From the IMG/VR virus record IMGVR_UViG_3300026165_000001, positions 23,356 to 87,355 of that record: a stretch of DNA of 64,000 nucleotides. One strand, written 5' to 3'. Both the position numbers and the translations under genes were made by a program. Of the stretch, positions 49,528-58,816 are shown one piece after another (position 1 is the stretch's first letter; the number at the start of each line of letters is the position of its first letter). The notes under the pieces are model-generated. The model worked only from the letters and a program-made list of their open reading frames with translations, was not told the DNA's origin and searched no databases. The DNA is from a virus (lineage: Duplodnaviria > Caudoviricetes).

Positions 49528-51413
49528 TGGCAAGACAAGCAATTGGGGTAGGAACAACCGCGAACGACGGAACAGGCGATCCACTTCGCGACGCGCTTAT
49601 CAAAGTAAACAACATGACAACCGAACTCTATACTGCACTAGGGGACGGTAGTAGCATACAATTCAATACATATACAATTCGAAATTCTACAAATGCGGCC
49701 GCAGCCGCCGCGCTTGATAATGGAACAGTTGTCACTATAGATAGTCTTCTCTATCTAGTTGATAATACTGCAACAGGATCAGACAGTGCAACAAATGATT
49801 TAAGTGTTGATGGATTGTTACCATTTGGAGATATTTTTTACGAGCATTTTGGTGCGCGAGGAGATGGTGTTACAGATGATACTGCGGCAATGAACGCAGC
49901 AATTGATTATTATAGAAATTTGATCGATACAGGAACTGATAGAGATAATTCAGCAGTTTTAAGAGGGCGGTCAAACGCTATATATGTAATTAGTGGAACT
50001 GGTCTTAATATGACTGGTTTTGGTTCTGTTGGTGCCACTTTTGACTTTACAGGAACACGTATTAATGCAGCAACCAGTGGCGAAGCTGTTGTTGACATGT
50101 TAGATAGCCGCTGGTGTGTAGTTCGTAATCTTTACATCACAACCACTGGAACATGTAAAAGCGGCGTAATGATTGGACGCAAAGACTCAGGTTCTGCTGA
50201 TCGCCATACCTTTGAAAACCTTCGTATATATGGAGATTTCAGTGTCGCATGTTTAACGAATTATCGTTCAGAACAAAATGTGTTTATTCAGGCTGAATTG
50301 ATTAATAATGCAGCTATAGCAGACTCTCGTGCATTAATTGTTGACGGAAATGATACATCATACACATCAGACCACGTCTCTGTTGCTGGTGTTTCAGGAA
50401 CAACAAATGAAAACCGTTTCCTTGGAGGAAGTTTTATTCACCGAGCAGATCTTCAAGGAGATGCTGTTTATATAACCGGCTGCCAAAAATTAGAAATGCA
50501 CAAAAGCTTTGTTGCTGCTCGTCATACTGCCGCAATCGTTATTGATCTTGATGGATCAGCAGGCTGTGCTGCTCTTGATCTTGACGTCCATATTGAATCT
50601 TTTCTTGGTGGAGCGGGAATTGATTATTGCTTTGAATTCCGTGGCACAGGCAATGTAGTTTTGGATGGATTTAGATATCGTGATCATCGTCATCATGCTG
50701 ATCTTGCTGTTTTCTATCGTAACGGACCATCTACTATTACTATCACAGATTTCCGTGTAGAGATTTTTGACGCGGTTGATACAGGTACCCCAATTTTTGA
50801 CAGTGTGGCTGAATGGAAATTAGAAGGACAACTTTTATGCAGCGGAAATGCTGTCATTGATACAGATATCAAATTGGCCGGACATATGAGAGATGACACA
50901 ACAGTGATTAATCGATTTGGTCCTCTTAGCCTGGTAGACACCATGGCATTTTCATCTGACGATGATGTCGCTCAGTTCTTTGCACCCACTGGTGCAAAAG
51001 GAATAACAATCAGTAACGCATTGAGACCACGAATTTCTTTTGGTGATGAATTAGATGCGAATCGTGCTTCTATCGATTACAATGTAGATGCTGATTTGTT
51101 GACAATTCAATGGGAAGACGGCACCCAAGCTATGGTTATCCGTGATTCTTACTTTGGCCCAAGCACAGGCACTGCTAACACACAGGACCTTGCCCGAGGC
51201 AGTTTTCGATTTAACGACGGATACTTTGCGGGCCGCCTTTACCATTCAGCAACTGGAAGTAACACTATTTCAATCAGCGGTGGAACCGGATCTCCAGAAA
51301 GCGTTGTCACGGCGGCACAAGGAAGTCTATATACCAGAACCGACGGAGGTGCGGGCACCACCCTCTACGTCAAGGAGAGCGGTACCGGGAACACCGGCTG
51401 GGTTGCAAAGTAA
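49527..51413 (+). CDS. Tailspike / depolymerase with gp9/gp10-type N-terminus
   Basis: [27 protein letters not shown]; FGARGDGVTDDTAA pectate-lyase-like beta-helix start; C-terminal GSPE.VVTA..GSLY.RTDGG..TLYVKESGTGNTGWVAK. Confidence 0.8.
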   Translation: MARQAIGVGTTANDGTGDPLRDALIKVNNMTTELYTALGDGSSIQFNTYTIRNSTNAAAAAALDNGTVVTIDSLLYLVDNTATGSDSATNDLSVDGLLPFGDIFYEHFGARGDGVTDDTAAMNAAIDYYRNLIDTGTDRDNSAVLRGRSNAIYVISGTGLNMTGFGSVGATFDFTGTRINAATSGEAVVDMLDSRWCVVRNLYITTTGTCKSGVMIGRKDSGSADRHTFENLRIYGDFSVACLTNYRSEQNVFIQAELINNAAIADSRALIVDGNDTSYTSDHVSVAGVSGTTNENRFLGGSFIHRADLQGDAVYITGCQKLEMHKSFVAARHTAAIVIDLDGSAGCAALDLDVHIESFLGGAGIDYCFEFRGTGNVVLDGFRYRDHRHHADLAVFYRNGPSTITITDFRVEIFDAVDTGTPIFDSVAEWKLEGQLLCSGNAVIDTDIKLAGHMRDDTTVINRFGPLSLVDTMAFSSDDDVAQFFAPTGAKGITISNALRPRISFGDELDANRASIDYNVDADLLTIQWEDGTQAMVIRDSYFGPSTGTANTQDLARGSFRFNDGYFAGRLYHSATGSNTISISGGTGSPESVVTAAQGSLYTRTDGGAGTTLYVKESGTGNTGWVAK

Positions 51414-51421
51414 GGATAAAA

Positions 51422-52630
51422 ATGACACAACAAACAAAAGTAGAATATGATTTCCAAACCACTAACCTATTTCCAACAAATGGAGTAGGAGCAATTAGTG
51501 CGAATGATGTGAGAACACATTTTCAAAATACATCAGATAGTTTTGCATTTCAATCAACAGGAAATACCTCTGCACCAAGTGCTAATGATGATGGTAACAA
51601 TTCATCAGGTAATGGCTCGTTTTTTGTTGGTAATATTTGGATAGATGAAACAGCCAACATTGCCTACATATGTCTAGATAACTCCACTGGCGCAGCTATT
51701 TGGGGGACATTGTCTTCTTCAGGTGGATCTGTAAATGCTTCTGGAACGCCACTCAACAATCAATTGGCCGTCTGGACAGCAGCAGATACAATTGAGGGTG
51801 AAGCTAATGTTACTTGGGATGGAACCGCTCTAGATATTACTGGTGATATAACAGTTAGCGGAACGGTTGATGGACGAGACGTCGCTGCGGACGGCGCTCT
51901 TGCAGCAAGTGCTCTCCAAGATGTAATTGATGACACAACCCCGCAACTTGGCGGCGACCTTGATGTTAACTCTAACTCAATTGTTAGCACAAGCAATGGT
52001 GATATTACAATTGCACCCGACGGAACAGGTAATGTCATACTAGGCAACTATGAGTTTGATGTGGATCAGACTGTAGGTGCTGGCCAAGATAATTATGTGA
52101 TGACATATAACAACGCTAATGGCTTAATAAGTCTTGAAGCAGCCGCAGGCGGCGGCGATGTTTCAAAAGTCGGCACACCAGTGGACAACGAAATTGGTGT
52201 ATGGACTGGTGACGGCACCATTGAAGGTGACACAAACTTTACATGGGATGGTAGCACACTTGACATAACAGGTGCTGTGAGCGTATCAGGAAACGTTGTT
52301 TACAGTGTCGGACTTGGAACAGAATCTTCAAGCTTTACACTCGCACTAGCTGACGCAGGTACAATACGTGAAATAGACTCAACAGGCGGCGCAGTGACTA
52401 TTACTATTCCAACCAATGCTAGCGTGGCATTCCCTGTGGGCACAATCATTAACTTTACCAACCTTGATGCTACCAGCACAATCAGCCTAACTGGTGATGT
52501 GGGTGTTACACTAAACGGTGTGAGCGCAGGTAGTGGTGATTTTTCCGGCGATGCTTATGAAGGAGTTACATTGTATAAACGAGCAACCGACGAATGGGTC
52601 GTACAAGGTGCAATAGGAGCAGTTGCATAA
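51422..52630 (+). CDS. Tail fibre protein
   Basis: NGVGAISANDVR N-terminal domain, DTTPQLGGDLDVN motif, IPTNASVAFPVGT..WVVQGAIGAVA C-terminal domain. Confidence 0.75.
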   Translation: MTQQTKVEYDFQTTNLFPTNGVGAISANDVRTHFQNTSDSFAFQSTGNTSAPSANDDGNNSSGNGSFFVGNIWIDETANIAYICLDNSTGAAIWGTLSSSGGSVNASGTPLNNQLAVWTAADTIEGEANVTWDGTALDITGDITVSGTVDGRDVAADGALAASALQDVIDDTTPQLGGDLDVNSNSIVSTSNGDITIAPDGTGNVILGNYEFDVDQTVGAGQDNYVMTYNNANGLISLEAAAGGGDVSKVGTPVDNEIGVWTGDGTIEGDTNFTWDGSTLDITGAVSVSGNVVYSVGLGTESSSFTLALADAGTIREIDSTGGAVTITIPTNASVAFPVGTIINFTNLDATSTISLTGDVGVTLNGVSAGSGDFSGDAYEGVTLYKRATDEWVVQGAIGAVA

Positions 52631-53244
52631 TGAGTATTTTTCTGCATAGAGCAGGCTTGCTTAATATAAATGTTGGCGGTGGTGGCGGAGCCGCCACACG
52701 ATCTGTCCTATTTACTGATAATTTTAACCGCGCTAACCAAACATTACAAACAAGTGCAGACTGGACAAAAAATACTGTTGATGATGATGCAAATATTTCT
52801 AGTAATGTATTAGAGGGAACCCCGGCTGGTTTTCCAGCAGATGAATACATTGCAACAGTTAACAGCATTAGTCCAAACAATGATCAATATGTTGAATTTG
52901 AAGTTGCTACAAGTGGAGGTTTCCTAGAATTCGGTGGAGTCGTTGCTCGGTTTACAGATACAGACAACTTTTATGGACTACGTGAAGAAGGGGGTGATCT
53001 TGTCTTGATTTTAAGAGTGACGGCCCTCGGCCAAGGTGCCCTATGGACTTACTCTAGTGATTCTGGCAGTGTTAGTCCAGGAGATGTTTGCTCTCTTGAA
53101 ATTGTAGGAACCACATTGAAAGTTTTTGTCAACGGTGTAGAAGTTTATCAAAGAATAGATACAGATCACTCCAGTGGAGATGTTGGTGTGTGGTTTGAAG
53201 GACCAGTCCAAATTGATAATTTCGAGGCCGGAAATATGGTATAA
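52630..53244 (+). CDS. Fibre tip adhesin with lectin-like (ConA-type) beta-sandwich
   Basis: ATG 52630 coupled to the upstream TAA; Gly linker, FTDNFNRAN, LKVFVNG..D..HSSG.VG..IDNF. Confidence 0.6.
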   Translation: MSIFLHRAGLLNINVGGGGGAATRSVLFTDNFNRANQTLQTSADWTKNTVDDDANISSNVLEGTPAGFPADEYIATVNSISPNNDQYVEFEVATSGGFLEFGGVVARFTDTDNFYGLREEGGDLVLILRVTALGQGALWTYSSDSGSVSPGDVCSLEIVGTTLKVFVNGVEVYQRIDTDHSSGDVGVWFEGPVQIDNFEAGNMV

Positions 53245-53247
53245 ATA
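53240..53247 (+). promoter_or_regulatory. Late promoter TATAAATA
   Basis: Perfect consensus overlapping the stop codon, upstream of SD GAGGA. Confidence 0.75.
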
Positions 53248-53267
53248 TACGAATAGAGGACAACACG

Positions 53268-54926
53268 ATGACACAAGTTGACAAGACCACATTTAAATCA
53301 TCCACTACATCGCTTTTCGCTGATAATACCACTGGCGAGATCGGTGCTGGTGACCTTCGTTTCCAGATGGATAACTTGGCTGACAGTGTTATATTTAAAA
53401 AAACAAACCAAACAACAAATCCAACAGTAAATGATGATGATAACAATACATCTGGTAATGGTGTATTTGAAATTGGCGATATTTGGGTCAACTCAACATT
53501 AGAAACAACTTGGATTTGTGTTGATAATTCAACTGGCGCGGCAAATTGGGATCCGCTCACATTTGATACATCAGGCTTTGCTAGTATTTTTGGCGCGCCT
53601 GCAGACAATCGAATCGCTGTGTGGCGCACAGCTACACAAATTGAATCATCATCAGATTTAACCTGGGATGGCAGCACCCTTGATGTTACTGGAGATATCA
53701 CTGTTAGTGGTAATATAAATGGTAAAGATATCGTAGCTATTAGTGATACTGTTGACAGTCTGTCACCAAGTGCAATTGATGATATTGCTATTACTCAAAC
53801 ACCAGTGGGTGGCGGCGCCGCATCTGGTTGGGACGCAACAGGCCTCAACTTCAGTATTGGTGATGGTTTAGCTATTAGTCAAAATGGAACCACCACCAAT
53901 ATCCGAATTGACAATAACAACATTACAAATGATACATCTACAAGAACACTAGGACCCAATGATAACAATTCATTTGTTACTAACCGAGGCGCCACTGGCA
54001 GTGTTATTTGGACATTGCCTTTAACATCAGCATTGGAGAGTGTCGGCCCAAGATTGGTTACAACATTTATCAAAGTTGCAAATCAGTCCATGCAGATTAT
54101 TGGTGCAGTGGGTGTTAGCATAAACGGACTGACTGAATCAGGCTCAAATGAAAGCTTGATTGAAATTTGTCCAAGCCAATACTTTAGTCACGCAACAGTT
54201 GTGTGGTCTGGAATTACAAATTCATATTATGTCTATTCAGGTTCAAATGTTGTGCGAAGCGGATCAGTTAGCGATGATCAATTTGCTGTCTGGTCAAATA
54301 GTGGACAAACACTGGGCGGTTATGCTAATCTTACATATGATAATACCGATCTTGTTCTTGAAAATGCTAATAGTTTTGATATTAGCGGAACAGCGCCAGA
54401 TTTAATAATGACCAGCACCAATAGTGGAACAGGAACGACCAATCTAACGGCAACTGATGCAGATTTTATTATTGATGTTGATCCAGGCACATTGATTGGT
54501 AGCTCAAGATTTCTTCTCAATATCGATGGCTCAACCATTATCCAATCGGACTCCACTGACGTTTCCATTGGTGCTGATGTTGATGTAACTGGCTCAGTGA
54601 AATATGATTGGACAATCACAGATGATGCTACTGCATCATATACACTTGTATTGGCTGATCGCGGCACCGTCCGCACTATGAGTAGTGGATCAGCAAATAC
54701 CTTGACTATTCCTGCAAATGCTAGCGTGGCATTCCCAATAGGAACAATGATACGTGTCATTCAAATTGGCGCCGGAACCACTAGTATCACAGGTGATACT
54801 GGCGTCACATTGAACGGTGTAAGTGCAGGTAGCGGAGATGTCTCAGCACAATGGGATGAAGTTCGACTATACAAAGTCGCAACAGATGAATGGTATGCAA
54901 CAGGTGATATTGGAGCAGTTGCTTAA
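53268..54926 (+). CDS. Tail fibre protein
   Basis: DNTTGEIGAGDLR N-terminal domain; IPANASVAFPIGT..WYATGDIGAVA C-terminal domain. Confidence 0.75.
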   Translation: MTQVDKTTFKSSTTSLFADNTTGEIGAGDLRFQMDNLADSVIFKKTNQTTNPTVNDDDNNTSGNGVFEIGDIWVNSTLETTWICVDNSTGAANWDPLTFDTSGFASIFGAPADNRIAVWRTATQIESSSDLTWDGSTLDVTGDITVSGNINGKDIVAISDTVDSLSPSAIDDIAITQTPVGGGAASGWDATGLNFSIGDGLAISQNGTTTNIRIDNNNITNDTSTRTLGPNDNNSFVTNRGATGSVIWTLPLTSALESVGPRLVTTFIKVANQSMQIIGAVGVSINGLTESGSNESLIEICPSQYFSHATVVWSGITNSYYVYSGSNVVRSGSVSDDQFAVWSNSGQTLGGYANLTYDNTDLVLENANSFDISGTAPDLIMTSTNSGTGTTNLTATDADFIIDVDPGTLIGSSRFLLNIDGSTIIQSDSTDVSIGADVDVTGSVKYDWTITDDATASYTLVLADRGTVRTMSSGSANTLTIPANASVAFPIGTMIRVIQIGAGTTSITGDTGVTLNGVSAGSGDVSAQWDEVRLYKVATDEWYATGDIGAVA

Positions 54927-55498
54927 TGGATCAACTAAAGTTACATGTTGAAGGACACGTTCTCATACGTGATTTTGACACAGGCGAAGTTTTGTTAAAC
55001 CGTCGCAACGCAATCCATCGTGAAAACATGAGCTATGCTATTGCGAGTGCGCTAAGTAATACAACAGGAGTAAATGGATTTCTTGGTTTTATCCAGTCAA
55101 TGGCTTTTGGTAATGGTGGTGTTATTGTTGACGGAAGCGGCAATATCACGTATAATGCAGTAAATATTACCAGCGTTGTTGACGAATTATATAACCAAAC
55201 ATACATCAAGAATGTCAACTCAACTGTTGATGATGATGTAGAAAATAATACGAACGTGATACACACGGGCGGTACGACATACAGTGATGTGGTCGTAACA
55301 TGCACATTAGATTATGCGGAACCTGTAGGACAGGATCCTCTCGATGACACAGCCGACCAAGAGGGCGATTATGTTTTTGATGAAATTGGTCTAGTGTCGC
55401 AACAAGGTAGATTGCTAACTCATTTAATTTTTCACCCTGTTCAAAAATCAGCGAATAGAAAAATTCAAGTAGTCTACACTGTTAGAATATCAACGTAG
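54926..55498 (+). CDS. Baseplate / fibre-attachment structural protein
   Basis: MAFGNGG, FDEIGL, LLTHLIFHPVQKS..I.VVYTVRI resemble tail-collar attachment domains. Confidence 0.6.
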   Translation: MDQLKLHVEGHVLIRDFDTGEVLLNRRNAIHRENMSYAIASALSNTTGVNGFLGFIQSMAFGNGGVIVDGSGNITYNAVNITSVVDELYNQTYIKNVNSTVDDDVENNTNVIHTGGTTYSDVVVTCTLDYAEPVGQDPLDDTADQEGDYVFDEIGLVSQQGRLLTHLIFHPVQKSANRKIQVVYTVRIST

Positions 55499-55507
55499 GA
55501 CATATAA

Positions 55508-56569
55508 ATGGCATATACAGTAGATTATTCAGACGGAACCAAAACCCCAATTACAGTTAGTAACAGTGCAGTGAACACCACAACCAATATTGGTTTTGTG
55601 GGTCAAGGCTACAAGAATTATGGGGAAGTTATTGCTGAAGACTTTTTGAGATTGCTGGAGAACTTCGCGAATGGTTCCGCGCCAAGTAAACCAGTAGAAG
55701 GACAGCTTTGGTATGACTCATCAACTAACGAGCTGAAATATTTTGATGATACCGTTGCCAACAGTGGCAATTGGAAATCAATCGCAAGCATGACTGTTCA
55801 AGGATCGGCACCGAACACGGTTGGTGAGACAGATGGTCATTTTTGGCTAGACAGCGACACCGGAGTGTTGTATCTTTATTATAACGGTAACTGGACCACT
55901 GTGACAGATGTCGCAGGTCAGACTCGTATCGTTACGAGAACGCGCCTTGAAGATGACGGTACGTCACATTCAACAATTGAAGTCATTGTTGGTGGTGAAA
56001 TTGTCAGCATTACTTCAAGTGATTCCGCTGATTGGGTTCCTGGAAGCGTAACAAATCCAGAATATCTGGAAGACGGAGTTACGCTACTCATAACACAATT
56101 CCCAAGTATTTCACAAGGTATTAACCTCAATACTGCTGATAGTTATGTATTCAACGGAACAGCAACCACAGCGCAGTATGCTGACCTTGCAGAACGTTAT
56201 CATGCAGACATGCCATATGAATATGGAATAGTAGTAAAGATTGGCGGATCAAATGAAGTCACACAGACCACCAAAGAATATTGCTCAGATGTATTTGGAA
56301 TCGTTTCAGATAAACCAGCATTTGGTATGAATACAGGAGCAGGAACACAAGAGACTCACCCATTTGTAGCGTTGAGTGGTCGTGTTCCAGTTCGTGTTGT
56401 CGGTAAGGTAAGTAAAGGCGAACGCCTAGTAACAAGTGCAACTCCTGGACATGCTATGTCAGCAGGCAGCGAAGCAGGAATTGACTGGCATTTTGTTATT
56501 GGACGCGCACTAGAAGATAAAATCAATGATGAACCAGGCATTGTTGAGGTAGTAGTAGGAACAAAATAA
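55508..56569 (+). CDS. Short fibre / baseplate protein with C-terminal intramolecular-chaperone-like domain
   Basis: YGE.IAE.FL.LLENFA...P..PVEGQLWYD; ADLAERY..VAL.GRVPV.V.G.V.KGE.LV.S..IGRALE. Confidence 0.75.
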   Translation: MAYTVDYSDGTKTPITVSNSAVNTTTNIGFVGQGYKNYGEVIAEDFLRLLENFANGSAPSKPVEGQLWYDSSTNELKYFDDTVANSGNWKSIASMTVQGSAPNTVGETDGHFWLDSDTGVLYLYYNGNWTTVTDVAGQTRIVTRTRLEDDGTSHSTIEVIVGGEIVSITSSDSADWVPGSVTNPEYLEDGVTLLITQFPSISQGINLNTADSYVFNGTATTAQYADLAERYHADMPYEYGIVVKIGGSNEVTQTTKEYCSDVFGIVSDKPAFGMNTGAGTQETHPFVALSGRVPVRVVGKVSKGERLVTSATPGHAMSAGSEAGIDWHFVIGRALEDKINDEPGIVEVVVGTK

Positions 56570-56570
56570 C

Positions 56571-58412
56571 GTGGCACTCGAAACTGGCGGCTTGATTGAA
56601 ATTGAAGACTACAACGAAATTGCGTTGGAGGTCAATAGACTGTTCAGTGATAATACATCATCACTGATCTATAATAGTTCAAATAAGCTAGCAGATGAAG
56701 TAATTGCAGGTGGTGATACCTCACCACTCTATATTGTAAACCTCGACGCTCCCATGGATAGTGTTGATGATTTTATTGTTGTCACATTGGACAATGAAAC
56801 CCTTATACGTGATGATGACTATACAGTTCTTAGCACATCACAGGTTAGAATTTCCAGTGCGGTTCCAGATACAACACAAATTCAAGTATTCAATAGGACT
56901 ACCCATCGTTATGGTTGGGGGCAACAAGCTAGCGTATATCCGGCAACTGAGGGAGATATTGTTCGATCAGATGAACAGACGCTACAAGCATACCTTGAAG
57001 CCAATGTCAATAACCTTATTGACAAAGTCAATATCATGGAAACTCGAACAACAGGTCCAACATCACTGAGTCGAGTTGCGTCGGGAGAAATCATTGACCA
57101 TCAAGACAAAGCAACCATTCTCACAACCATTGACAATGATATTGATTCAGGCACCCAATATTGGGATAACGACGTGGCAACTATCACACGTTCAGTTATT
57201 GCGTTTGATAGAACAGACCCCTGGACTACCAAACTAACAGGAATAGCTCGTTATACATGGGACAACTATAATGAAATGCGTTATTTTTTCAATTCTGGCA
57301 ATGCGATACGTATTTCTCTTGAAATGACTGGTGATGATTCAAATCAAGGTTATGCTAACTGGAGTCAGGTCATTGAAGACATTGGCACGGTTGTCCTCAA
57401 TTATGAACAAACAACACAAACTGGTGTAAATGGAACAGGTGTTAATATCGGAGCCTATGAATTAACTGGTGGATATCAGACTGTATTTACTAGTGGTAGT
57501 CCTAGTGCTCCAAAGAATATTGAAGGCGGTTTTGAAGAATATGCGAGTTATGACAGTCTTCAAGCCGTGTTTAGTGCTCGTATTCTAGAAGATGCTCCTG
57601 CCACTGGACAAATCAGTATCGATGTTCGTGTAGAACTTGACGATACTGAGTTTGATCAGTATGTTGAAGGAACAACGTCGTTCCTAGCTGGATATACTCT
57701 TGCTGATGTTGTCACTAATAATACAGCCATCTTCTCTGTAACTGATTTTACTCCTGATGTAACAGGTTTGGTAGATTGGATTGTTGATGGCACATCCATA
57801 ACACCAGCACAAGATGGATTTACATGGTCAGATGTTGGCGCGGATGGCGATAGTGTTGAAGACGGATTTGAGTTTGTGAATGGCGACATGAAAATGATTG
57901 TTGAATGCACAATTCTCAATCCAGGTTGTATTTTTGAAATTGACACTTCGACCACAAACTATGTTGCGGGTGGTGAGCCATTTAGTGCAACGCCAAGCTT
58001 GAGAGTAGGGGATGCTGGATCACCAGCAGGTGATGTAGGACAAATAGAATTTCGTTTCGCGGCCACGCCGGGCCGTCTTGCACCACCAGAAGTTGAAAAC
58101 TTCTTAATGCGAGTTAATGACATCGACCAAGCTATAAGCGGACGACAAGAACAAATTACAGTCACAGCATTTGATGCAGAAGGTAACAGTGTTACGCCCA
58201 CCCTTACAGGTGGCAGTAACCTCACAATTGTTGATAATGTTGCGACATCAAATACAAACTTTAGTTCAAACGCAAGCAACGCAAGCAATAGCTTGCTAAT
58301 CAGTGTTACTGTGCCTGTTAATCGCGTTATTGTCAAATATGGCAGCATACGTAACAACGGCGGCGGCGCGGTTTGGATCAGCGAAGTCTACTACGACACA
58401 ATCTCGCTATAA
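56571..58412 (+). CDS. Virion structural / fibre-associated protein
   Basis: GTG start with SD AGGA; YGWGQ and RYFFNSG.AIR motifs; beta-rich C-terminal domain. Confidence 0.6.
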   Translation: MALETGGLIEIEDYNEIALEVNRLFSDNTSSLIYNSSNKLADEVIAGGDTSPLYIVNLDAPMDSVDDFIVVTLDNETLIRDDDYTVLSTSQVRISSAVPDTTQIQVFNRTTHRYGWGQQASVYPATEGDIVRSDEQTLQAYLEANVNNLIDKVNIMETRTTGPTSLSRVASGEIIDHQDKATILTTIDNDIDSGTQYWDNDVATITRSVIAFDRTDPWTTKLTGIARYTWDNYNEMRYFFNSGNAIRISLEMTGDDSNQGYANWSQVIEDIGTVVLNYEQTTQTGVNGTGVNIGAYELTGGYQTVFTSGSPSAPKNIEGGFEEYASYDSLQAVFSARILEDAPATGQISIDVRVELDDTEFDQYVEGTTSFLAGYTLADVVTNNTAIFSVTDFTPDVTGLVDWIVDGTSITPAQDGFTWSDVGADGDSVEDGFEFVNGDMKMIVECTILNPGCIFEIDTSTTNYVAGGEPFSATPSLRVGDAGSPAGDVGQIEFRFAATPGRLAPPEVENFLMRVNDIDQAISGRQEQITVTAFDAEGNSVTPTLTGGSNLTIVDNVATSNTNFSSNASNASNSLLISVTVPVNRVIVKYGSIRNNGGGAVWISEVYYDTISL

Positions 58413-58416
58413 CCCA

Positions 58417-58444
58417 TTGACATCTAAGAAAATCTTGTTATACT
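58417..58444 (+). promoter_or_regulatory. sigma70 promoter TTGACA-N16-TATACT with extended -10
   Basis: -35 at 58417-58422, TG at 58436-58437, -10 at 58439-58444. Confidence 0.75.
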
Positions 58445-58468
58445 GAGACAGTATATAAAGGATCCCAC

Positions 58469-58816
58469 ATGGACGAACGTTTAGAAAAGGCGCTCGCCTT
58501 CTCGAAATATCGTGCGACAATCGAAAATCGTCGCAAGGCGTTGCTGCGCCGTTTTGAAACCATGCAAGTTGTTCACCAAGACAATGGCATGTTTCTTGCT
58601 GATCAGGCCACTATTAGTTTTGTTGAGGCACTGATCTCACAAGGACACAAAGATGCTGTCCTCATAGATCAAAAATCACGCCCGATTCAAATCAACGATC
58701 TTTCAGCATTTCGTGACAAACTCTTCAATACATACTTTGAAGCTACAAACGAATACCAAACTGAATATCAAAAACTTGCAAAGGCGCGTGACGTTAAAAA
58801 AGCCATGGAGTGGTAA
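58469..58816 (+). CDS. Conserved hypothetical protein (possible fibre chaperone)
   Basis: 115 aa, SD AAGGA; NG.F.ADQ..I..V..L..VLID...PI pattern. Confidence 0.6.
   Translation: MDERLEKALAFSKYRATIENRRKALLRRFETMQVVHQDNGMFLADQATISFVEALISQGHKDAVLIDQKSRPIQINDLSAFRDKLFNTYFEATNEYQTEYQKLAKARDVKKAMEW

Noticed and set aside
34853-58357. Many 60-190 aa antisense or alternate-frame ORFs inside baseplate and fibre genes
   Set aside because: Shadows of long genes with biased codon usage; no SDs or recognisable motifs.
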